NCBI GenBank assembly: GCA_002476865.1
Contig: DLNA01000003.1
Coordinates: forward strand, 1 to 37,143
Reading direction: 5' to 3'
DNA: 37,143 nucleotides
From: Patescibacteria group bacterium UBA7522
Lineage (GTDB): Bacteria > Patescibacteriota > CPR2 > UBA1875
Shown: positions 1 through 6,698 of the stretch, in pieces
How positions within the stretch are numbered: the first letter of the stretch is position 1
Layout of the letters: each line of letters opens with the position of its first letter
Translations under genes and position numbers: made by a program
Notes under the pieces: model-generated
Database searches by the model: none
Told to the model about the DNA's origin: nothing
What the model saw: the letters and a program-made list of their open reading frames with translations, nothing else

Positions 1-140
1 TTTACGATAGTCGATTTGCCAGCTCCTGATTTTCCGACAAGACAAACGAATTCTTTTGGATTTATCTCGAAAGAAATACCATCCAGTGCGGCATCTTTCT
101 CTTTGGTGTATTTTTTTACAACATCTTTAAAGGTTATCAC
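1..140 (-). CDS. ftsE: FtsE-like cell-division ABC ATPase, N-terminal fragment (gene runs off the left edge)
   Basis: The reverse complement of 1-140 reads GTG ATA ACC ... = (M)ITFKDVVKKYTKEKDAALDGISFEINPKEFVCLVGKSGAGKSTIV. This is an ABC N-terminus with Walker A GKSGAGKST. The GTG at 140 is preceded by GGGGGAAG 6 nt upstream. The position directly downstream of prfB fits prfB-ftsE synteny. It is too short to appear in the ORF track. Confidence 0.55.
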   Translation of the reverse strand, partial: MITFKDVVKKYTKEKDAALDGISFEINPKEFVCLVGKSGAGKSTIV

Positions 141-165
141 GAACTTCCCCCATTCTTCAGTTTGT

Positions 166-194
166 ATTTTATAGTATTTTGCCCCTGGAAGCAA
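166..194 (-). promoter_or_regulatory. Sigma70-like promoter upstream of the ftsE-like gene
   Basis: The minus strand reads TTGCTT (194-189), a 17-nt spacer, then TAAAAT (171-166), about 25 nt upstream of the GTG at 140. Confidence 0.35.
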
Positions 195-297
195 ACATAT
201 TTTCCAAGCCTTGATTTTAGAGCCAAGGATCTTAATGTTATTTAAAAACCCTCAAATAAAAATGGTTAAATAAAAAATGAAAAATTAATTCTGATTT

Positions 298-1392
298 CTA
301 TTTTGAGTTTTTGAGAAACGCTTCAACAAAAAGATCAAGATCTCCGGCAAGGACTTTCTCTACGTTCGACGTTTCTGCGTTGGTGCGATGATCTTTTACC
401 ATAGTATATGGTTGCATCACATAAGATCTTATTTGCGAACCCCATTCGGCGCTAAGGTTTTCGCCTTTAATTAAGCGTATTTCTTTATCTTTTTCGGCCT
501 CTTTAGCGGCCCCAAGTCGTGCTTTTAAGATTTTTAACGCCTGCTCCTTGTTTTGAAGCTGAGATCTTTCGTTTTGACAGCTTACGACGGTGTTAGTTGG
601 AACGTGCGTTATTCTTACGGCGCTATCGGTGGTGTTAACTGACTGTCCCCCATGACCGGATGCCTTAAAAGTATCAATTTTTAGATCTTTGTCGTTTATT
701 TTGACGTCGCTAGATTCAACCTCCGGTATAACCTCTACTAGGGCAAAAGAAGTATGCCTGGCTTTGTCGGCATCAAATGGAGAGATTCTAACCAGGCGAT
801 GGACGCCTGATTCTGATTTGAACACTCCGTATGATCGATTTCCTTCTATTTCTACAGAGACGCTTTTTAAACCGGCTTCGTTTCCTGGCGAAACGCTAAT
901 AATCTTCGTTTTAAGATTCTTTTTTTCGGCGAATTTTAAAAACATTGAAAGAAGCATTTCGGCCCAATCCTGAGCATCTACTCCGCCAGCACCGGCATAA
1001 ATAGAGAGGACTGCATTTTTTTCATCGTATTTGCCTGAGTAATAAGTGTCAATCTCTTTTGTTTTTAGCTCTTCTTCAATCTTTTTGTGATTTTTTTCTA
1101 TCTCTTGAATCATATCTGAATCATCTGTATCAGATATTATCTCCAGTAACTCGCTTACTTCTTTTTCGATTTTCCGCCACGGGTTTATAATCTCTTTCAG
1201 GGTGTTTATTTTTTGCATTATTTTTTGAGCATTATCTTGGTCGCTCCAAAAGTTTTCTGATTTTGATTCTTCTTCAAGAACGTCTAGTTCGGATTCTTTT
1301 TCGTCTAGCTTTAAAACTAAGATGGCGTCCAAAACTCTCTTTTTGATATCTATAAGCTCTATTTCTAATTGTTTTTTATTAATCTCTTTCAC
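298..1392 (-). CDS. prfB: Peptide chain release factor 2
   Basis: 364-aa ORF with the RF2-specific SPF tripeptide (RISPFDADKARHTSF) and the GGQ motif (SGHGGQSVNTTDSAV). It starts at GTG. The frame is uninterrupted, with no internal in-frame TGA frameshift site. Confidence 0.9.
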   Translation of the reverse strand: MKEINKKQLEIELIDIKKRVLDAILVLKLDEKESELDVLEEESKSENFWSDQDNAQKIMQKINTLKEIINPWRKIEKEVSELLEIISDTDDSDMIQEIEKNHKKIEEELKTKEIDTYYSGKYDEKNAVLSIYAGAGGVDAQDWAEMLLSMFLKFAEKKNLKTKIISVSPGNEAGLKSVSVEIEGNRSYGVFKSESGVHRLVRISPFDADKARHTSFALVEVIPEVESSDVKINDKDLKIDTFKASGHGGQSVNTTDSAVRITHVPTNTVVSCQNERSQLQNKEQALKILKARLGAAKEAEKDKEIRLIKGENLSAEWGSQIRSYVMQPYTMVKDHRTNAETSNVEKVLAGDLDLFVEAFLKNSK

Positions 1393-1424
1393 CTCAAAAT
1401 TTTAACATAAAAAAGAAAAACCCA

Positions 1425-1477
1425 TAAACTTAAAACAAAAATACTCCCGAGCTAGGAGTATTTTTGTTTTTTTTTGG
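1425..1477. terminator. Bidirectional rho-independent terminator between the surface-protein gene and prfB
   Basis: AAAAATACTCC (1437-1447) pairs with GGAGTATTTTT (1455-1465) around a 7-nt loop. There is a T-run on the plus side (to 1477) and an A-run on the other side, which gives a U-tract for minus-strand transcripts. Confidence 0.6.
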
Positions 1478-1483
1478 AATGGA

Positions 1484-2935
1484 TTATTTTCTGAACGAAC
1501 CTAACAATCTTTTCTTTGATCTTATCCAGGCAAGGACACTTCCCGAAATGCTTACTGTTCCGAAGGTGGCTGCCATCGCTTCAAGCGGTCCGGAGCTAGG
1601 GAGTTGATCGCCGCCACCGTTTGGGGGCGTAACACCTCTTTCAACTCTGCGATTTCCGAAAACAAAGGTTTGAGTCCTGGCGTCCTCGGTAACTTCTCTT
1701 TGTATAGTTATTCCGGTTGTGTTTCTCCATCCTGATTGCAAGATCTCTGTTACGGTATATACACCAGGTTGAAGATTCCCCGTAATTGGTGCGATTCCAT
1801 TTTCTCCAGTAACGGTGGTTGTTTCGAATCCGTTTGGTCCTGTAACCCTGAATCTCCATCCAGAGAGTCGCTCTTCGTTACTATCCTCGTTACCGTCTCC
1901 GTCACGATCGTGGAATTTAACGATCCTAATAGAGATTTCACTAGTTGTGCAAAAGTTAGTTGTATTTACTATTGCGGTGTTATAATATTCGCCAAGTTGA
2001 TCGGCTCTTACAACACCAACGTTAGTAAACCTGTAATCACCGCATTGTGAAAGATTCTCTGGTACTCTGGCGTTAAATCTTACATAGGCACCAGAGCCAG
2101 CACCGTAGTTACCTATGTTTACACCGCTTCTGATTAGCTGGTCTGACAGTTGGTATCCGTTTGGATAGTTAGAGCTTATTAACCTCGCAGAACCTTCAAC
2201 ATAATCAAGGCCAACCGGAAAACTATCTCTAACGATTACATTTGTTAAGCGCTCATTCCCTTCATTTTTTACTGTGATAAGGTAAGCAAGTGTTGAACCC
2301 GGCTCGGCGTTTATATTCGTATTCCAGCCATCAGCACCTTCTATCTTTACCTGTTTTGTTATCGAGATAACAGAAGCGGTAACTCTGGCTTGTACATTAA
2401 TGGTTTCTTGAAAATTCCAACATGGTCTTAATCTTGAAACAGTATAACCAGTTGTAACAACGCTGTCCGGAATCGACTCAATGACCCATCTTGGATTTGC
2501 GTTTGTTCCGGCGTTATAGCGCCTTGTTGCGGTGCCGGGGATATAGCTTAAGTTGGTGTCTATTGAGGTGTTAACATTAGCAAGGTCGGTAACAACATTT
2601 GTATTTGTTCCGGCTATTCTAGATGTTATTTGATGGGTTTTTGTCTTGGTCCCAGGAATGTTGATCCGAACGTTAACATTTTCGGCTATAAGACCCGAAT
2701 CGGCGTTTTCGATATTGTGATACCAAGTAGTGATGTTAACAACATCATCAACCCTGGCGTTGATTGTTTTGGCCGGTCCTGTCCCCTGGGTCGCATTACC
2801 GATTTCAAGCTTTCCTTCGATTGGTACGTCTGAAGCTGCTCCAATTGGATTAAAGACAGCCGATGTTCCAAGAACACCAAGAGTCGCTATAACAATAGCG
2901 GCAATGATGGCTTTTGTGTTAATTAGTAATTTCAT
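1484..2935 (-). CDS. Secreted, sortase-type anchored surface protein (DUF11-like repeat plus SdrD-B/CnaB-like domain, LPSSG sorting signal)
   Basis: The ORF track gives 1484-2965. I trim the start to ATG 2935 (AAGGAG, 5 nt, ATG). Supporting elements: an N-terminal signal/anchor (MKLLINTKAIIAAIVIATLGVLG); a DUF11-type segment (LAYLITVKNEGNERLTNVIVRDSFPVGLDYVEGS); an SdrD-B-like segment (IVKFHDRDGDGNEDSNEERLSGWRFRVTGPNG...YTVTEILQSGW); and a C-terminal LPSSGP, then a hydrophobic stretch, then KKRLLGSFRK. Confidence 0.75.
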   Translation of the reverse strand: MKLLINTKAIIAAIVIATLGVLGTSAVFNPIGAASDVPIEGKLEIGNATQGTGPAKTINARVDDVVNITTWYHNIENADSGLIAENVNVRINIPGTKTKTHQITSRIAGTNTNVVTDLANVNTSIDTNLSYIPGTATRRYNAGTNANPRWVIESIPDSVVTTGYTVSRLRPCWNFQETINVQARVTASVISITKQVKIEGADGWNTNINAEPGSTLAYLITVKNEGNERLTNVIVRDSFPVGLDYVEGSARLISSNYPNGYQLSDQLIRSGVNIGNYGAGSGAYVRFNARVPENLSQCGDYRFTNVGVVRADQLGEYYNTAIVNTTNFCTTSEISIRIVKFHDRDGDGNEDSNEERLSGWRFRVTGPNGFETTTVTGENGIAPITGNLQPGVYTVTEILQSGWRNTTGITIQREVTEDARTQTFVFGNRRVERGVTPPNGGGDQLPSSGPLEAMAATFGTVSISGSVLAWIRSKKRLLGSFRK

Positions 2936-3012
2936 TTTTACTCCTTTTACTCTTTCCTTGAGCAAAGATTAATAAATACTTATATAAGATTAACTTATAT
3001 TAAATTGTGGAT

Positions 3013-3038
3013 GGGGTGGGCGCTTTCGCGCCCACCCC
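3013..3038 (-). terminator. Perfect 11-bp GC hairpin just after the stop of the high-GC gene (possible terminator, weak U-tract)
   Basis: GGGGTGGGCGC-TTTC-GCGCCCACCCC lies 8 nt downstream of the TAG at 3046-3048. On the minus strand it is followed by AUCCACAAUUUAAUAU, so terminator efficiency is uncertain. It also marks the left edge of the GC-rich island. Confidence 0.4.
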
Positions 3039-3045
3039 GATCTTG

Positions 3046-3963
3046 CTAGTCGGGTTCTGGGGGCATTGTCCCTGGCGGGACTTCCGCCAAAGGTGGCGGT
3101 GGTGCGGGGGGCTCGCTCGGCGTCGGTGGAGTTAATACCACCGTTCCATCTGGTTGCTCGGTTTCGGCCGGAGGCGTAACGCCTCCGGATCCTGTCCCGG
3201 GCGTTCCAGAAGGAGTTGGATCCAGACCACCGATTGGAGCAGTATTCTGCTCCTCGGTGACCCTTTCCGCCGTACTCGGTACATATCCGGGTGTCGCTGG
3301 GGGCACCGGCGTCGCTCGCTGATGATCGCCAATTGAGTTGGGGTACGGATTTGTGCCCTTTGCAGATGTCGGAGAGACGGGAGACACTGGATTACCGCAA
3401 GAAACCTTCACTGCAATAATCCCCTTGTCGGTTGTCAAGAAAAGAGTGTCTCCTTCCTTGACAACATATCTATTCACCCGATACCACCCGGCATCGTTGA
3501 TACCGGAGTTGGAGATGATAGTTCCGGGATCAACTTCCGTCTGGAAGCTCTTGCCCAGAACCATCTCATCTGCTGCCCACTTCCTAGTATCTTCGGGGGA
3601 GACCCCCACCATCTCGAGAAGCGCTTCACGCATCTCGGAGGTGGCCACATCTTCCCACTGAGTCCACGAATGGACGCCAGCGGGCCACATTGGTTCGCTG
3701 TCGACATCGAAGTTTGTCTCAACGTCCTTCGATACCATTGCGTCCTCAATCGGTCCGGAGGACCCTCTCAAAAGAGAGACAACGAAGCCGGCAACAATGA
3801 TGACAACCATGACGCTGATGACAATCAGTCCGACTCTGATGAATTCAGAGGCCTCCTTGTTGGCGGCCTCCTTTCGATCTCTCTGCTCAAGCTCACTTAT
3901 AAGTTCTCGCTTGAGCATTTTCTCGCGTCCCTTTTTGGGGGCTGCGTTTCCGTCCCGTGTCAT
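3046..3963 (-). CDS. Single-pass membrane protein with a proline-rich C-terminal tail, encoded in a high-GC island
   Basis: This is the longest ORF in the island (track 3046-3972, from GTG). I prefer ATG 3963, which is 10 nt after AAGGGGG. The protein has a charged N-terminus, a TM helix (FIRVGLIVISVMVVIIVAGFVVSLL), an extracytoplasmic domain ending KGIIAVKVSCGNPV, then a P/T/S/G-rich tail (PPTPSEPPAPPPPLAEVPPGTMPPEPD). Third codon positions are G/C-rich (gtc, atc, ggc, aag, gag), unlike the neighbouring genes. Confidence 0.65.
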   Translation of the reverse strand: MTRDGNAAPKKGREKMLKRELISELEQRDRKEAANKEASEFIRVGLIVISVMVVIIVAGFVVSLLRGSSGPIEDAMVSKDVETNFDVDSEPMWPAGVHSWTQWEDVATSEMREALLEMVGVSPEDTRKWAADEMVLGKSFQTEVDPGTIISNSGINDAGWYRVNRYVVKEGDTLFLTTDKGIIAVKVSCGNPVSPVSPTSAKGTNPYPNSIGDHQRATPVPPATPGYVPSTAERVTEEQNTAPIGGLDPTPSGTPGTGSGGVTPPAETEQPDGTVVLTPPTPSEPPAPPPPLAEVPPGTMPPEPD

Positions 3964-4068
3964 CTCTGACACACCCCCTTTCGTGGGGTCGATTGACTAA
4001 CAAGTTATAAAGGTTCACGATGGCCTAAGCCATCGGTTGTTTTTGTCCACCTTTTAGGTTGACAGGGT

Positions 4069-4097
4069 AATATATCAAAAAACGGCTAATTTGTCAA
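4069..4097 (-). promoter_or_regulatory. Near-consensus sigma70 promoter for the high-GC gene
   Basis: The minus strand reads TTGACA (4097-4092), a 17-nt spacer, then TATATT (4074-4069). The roughly 100-nt leader contains the hairpin CGATGGC-ttag-GCCATCG (4018-4035). The promoter lies in AT-rich sequence, about 40 nt downstream (minus sense) of the 4137-4165 terminator. Confidence 0.5.
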
Positions 4098-4136
4098 GTA
4101 TTTTTAAACCTATTTCTTCTCTATTTTCTGAAAAGT

Positions 4137-4165
4137 AAAAATACAGGGAGTCCCCCTGTATTTTT
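4137..4165. terminator. Bidirectional rho-independent terminator downstream of the 442-aa surface-protein gene
   Basis: AAAAATACAGGG (4137-4148) pairs with CCCTGTATTTTT (4154-4165) around a 5-nt loop. The A and T runs give U-tracts in both orientations. Confidence 0.6.
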
Positions 4166-4334
4166 ATTAATTATATTATAACATAATCAGTAAAGTATTT
4201 TTTTATTTTTTTATTTTAACACCAAAATTTTCCAATTTTATCTTATGTCTCAAAATCAATTATTTATTAAAAATTCAGAGCTTTTCGATCCTGGTCCATT
4301 AGAGCAGATTATCAGTTCTAAATTAATTTTTTAA

Positions 4335-5609
4335 CTATTTTCTAAACGAGAATTTAAACCTTCTCTTTGATTTGGCCCAGGCGAGTAAAGCCCCCGGAAT
4401 CGAGAAAGAACTAAAAACCATTGCAGCGGTTTCAATTGGGCCGGAAGTTGGTAAGAATCTTTTTGTCTCGCCACCACCCTTTGGAGATTCTGTTTTCTTG
4501 ACGTTACCGAATACGAAGTTTTGAGTTGCTTCATCTGTTGTTATCTCTCTTTCTATTGAGAGCCCGGTAGTATTCTCCCAGCCGTCTTTTAAAATTTCTG
4601 TTACTACATAATTGCCGGGAGCGAGGCCTGCAATTTCAGCAAGCCCATCTTCGTTCGTTACTATAATTGATTCGTAATTATTTGGGCCACTAATTCTAAA
4701 TTTCCATCCCGAAAGCATATCTTCGTCACTGTCTTTTATTTTATTTTTATTTTTATCAAAAAATTTCATAACTTTAACAGGAACTGTTTCTTGAACAACA
4801 ATTTTTTTTACATTACCAAACCAAACTGTTTGATTGGAGTTTCTGATTGTAACGTTTTTTATACCTCCGGTCGTAGAATCCCATCCTGATTGTTGACGTT
4901 CTGTTACAAGATAAGTCCCCGCCTTAAGACCGCTTTTTTGAGCACTGCCATCCGAAGCGGTTGTAAGAGTGTGGCTTTGGCCGTTACCGTTGATATCAAA
5001 TACCCATCCGGAGAGCCCAGGTTCGTTTGAGTTCTTAACGCCATCACGATTTAGATCTTCGAATTTGTTAATTGTGATAGTGTAGGTAGGTTCGATGTAC
5101 TCAACTCCCGGCACAATATTGCCGCACGACTTAATGATTGCATATCTCATAGTGCCGTTTGGATTCATTCTAACAAAGGCCGGTATAGATGAAGAGACAA
5201 AGCTAACCGAGGGCGGTCTTAAATACAAAGGATAAGAAAATGCACTCACCTTAGTCGACCCAGGCATATAGCTCCTTCCCATTGAAAGAACATTTGTCGC
5301 AACCGTTTTTGTTCCAACTACAACCTTACCGTCTTTGGTGACAGCACCCTCTGAAAGAGAGTCAATGTGAGACAAATCGAATCCGTAATACTTGAAGAGC
5401 TTTTGAAGTTCGCTTGCCGATTGGTATGCCTTTACGGTTCCATTTGTTAGTTTTGTTCTGAGCTCTGTTTTTGTTAACGTGCCACAATAAATTACGGCAT
5501 TGGCATCACAATCCCGGCTGGCGGCATTAATTTTTAAGAACGGAACAAAAAGTAAAAAAGTTAATACTAGAAATATCCCCGTATATTTTTTTAAAAATTT
5601 AGCTCTCAT
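4335..5609 (-). CDS. Secreted, sortase-type anchored surface protein with two SdrD-B/CnaB-like domains (LPTSG sorting signal); paralogue of 1484-2935
   Basis: The track ORF is 4335-5663. I trim the start to ATG 5609 (AAGGGGG, aaa, ATG). The signal peptide is MRAKFLKKYTGIFLVLTFLLFVPFLKINA. There are two repeats of the ...KF.D.N.(D/N)G..(D/N)S.E..LSGW.F.I.G... fold. The C-terminus is LPTSGP, then a hydrophobic stretch, then KSKRRFKFSFRK. The last roughly 90 aa align closely with the C-terminus of the 493-aa protein. Confidence 0.75.
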   Translation of the reverse strand: MRAKFLKKYTGIFLVLTFLLFVPFLKINAASRDCDANAVIYCGTLTKTELRTKLTNGTVKAYQSASELQKLFKYYGFDLSHIDSLSEGAVTKDGKVVVGTKTVATNVLSMGRSYMPGSTKVSAFSYPLYLRPPSVSFVSSSIPAFVRMNPNGTMRYAIIKSCGNIVPGVEYIEPTYTITINKFEDLNRDGVKNSNEPGLSGWVFDINGNGQSHTLTTASDGSAQKSGLKAGTYLVTERQQSGWDSTTGGIKNVTIRNSNQTVWFGNVKKIVVQETVPVKVMKFFDKNKNKIKDSDEDMLSGWKFRISGPNNYESIIVTNEDGLAEIAGLAPGNYVVTEILKDGWENTTGLSIEREITTDEATQNFVFGNVKKTESPKGGGETKRFLPTSGPIETAAMVFSSFSIPGALLAWAKSKRRFKFSFRK

Positions 5610-5664
5610 TTTCCCCCTTATGTTTGACAACATAATAATGCTATTTAAAATAGTTTTTGTCAAC

Positions 5665-6348
5665 CTAGATTATCCAAATATATATAGAGGCGCCCAATAG
5701 AATCATCAGTGTGGCCAGAATGAGATGCATTCTTCGGCCAAGTTTTTCTTGAAAATTAATAATTTTTTCAACGATAATACGATTTGTTGCGAGGGCATAA
5801 ATTAGAATAAGCGGAGAAACAAACATTAGATTATAGAGGGCAAGGTAAATAACGCCGGAGAGAAATGTTTGTCTTGCTTGGAGGTAAGCGATTATCGTAA
5901 GGTAAACTGCCCCAGAGCAAGGAAACTCAGTTATCGCTATGAGGACGCCCAGAGCTATTGCGGCGGGAATATCCGCCTTATATGCAATGTCGTTTGCCTT
6001 TTGCCTTGCGGAATATGGCATCTTAATATGCGGCGGTAATTCTGGCCAAAAATACTCTTTAATATTAAGCAGTCCAAAGATTATGGCGAGGATAGCACCT
6101 ATTTTCATGATTAGGTTTGGCGTATCAAAAAGGATAAAGACCTTAAGTAATCCAATTCCGAGTAAAAAATAAGTAACGTAAACAGCTGCTATGTAAAAGA
6201 TTCCAAAAGTGGCAATTTCTTTTCTGGTTTTTCCGAGAGTAAACATTAGGGCGATATAAATTAAAAGCAAAGAGATTGCACAGGGGTTTAAGCTGTCCAA
6301 TAGTCCGGTTGTGATTACGAGTGGTAGAGCAATATCCATAATGGTCAT
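5665..6348 (-). CDS. CcdA/DsbD-family membrane thiol-disulfide electron transporter
   Basis: 227-aa polytopic membrane protein. It has paired membrane-embedded cysteine motifs, LNPC in the first helix (LLDSLNPCAISLL) and FPCSG in a later helix (ITEFPCSGAVYL), as expected for the DsbD transmembrane family. Confidence 0.7.
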   Translation of the reverse strand: MTIMDIALPLVITTGLLDSLNPCAISLLLIYIALMFTLGKTRKEIATFGIFYIAAVYVTYFLLGIGLLKVFILFDTPNLIMKIGAILAIIFGLLNIKEYFWPELPPHIKMPYSARQKANDIAYKADIPAAIALGVLIAITEFPCSGAVYLTIIAYLQARQTFLSGVIYLALYNLMFVSPLILIYALATNRIIVEKIINFQEKLGRRMHLILATLMILLGASIYIWII

Positions 6349-6698
6349 TGTAGCTTATTGATCGTATAATTTAAAGTGCCGGTATAAGAAGTAAATAGTT
6401 ATATTGAACGCTTAAGGGTAGGCCTTGGGGAACCCCAAACTTAGTAAATTAATTTAGCTTATAATTTTTATATGCTTTCTCCTTAATAAGAAATGAACCA
6501 AAGAGTCAACAAAAAATACGATTTGCTTTAAAACGGCTTGTTAAGCAGGGAGTTTCCCGATACCATAGAAAAAAACAAGTCCCTTTTTGTTGTTCAACCT
6601 CTTGGGCAAGTATTTTTTCGAACTAAAATAATTAAATTTAAAGATGGCCAAAACTCAAAAACATAAAAATCGATTCACGCCATTTTTAGAATATGGTT

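Noticed and set aside
298-1392. Programmed +1 frameshift site in prfB (CTT TGA C after an SD-like element)
   Set aside because: I looked for it because most bacterial prfB genes have one. Here the RF2 frame is continuous from the GTG start, with no in-frame TGA.
3338-4000. Plus-strand ORFs inside the high-GC island (3338-3661, 3670-3969, 3797-4000) and nested minus-strand ORFs (3132-3332, 3474-3749)
   Set aside because: High GC suppresses stop codons in all frames. Only the 3046-3963 frame has a promoter, an SD, a TM helix and coherent domain organisation.
4293-4300. The TGGTCCAT 8-mer is shared between the 4166-4334 spacer and the hairpin flanking the four-helix-bundle gene (24776-24783)
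   Set aside because: A single 8-mer recurrence is roughly what chance predicts in 37 kb on both strands, and there is no extended similarity around it.
1484-5609. Diversity-generating retroelement (template/variable repeat) between the two paralogous surface-protein genes
   Set aside because: There is no reverse transcriptase in the window. The paralogues differ throughout at all base types rather than by adenine-specific substitutions in one short repeat.
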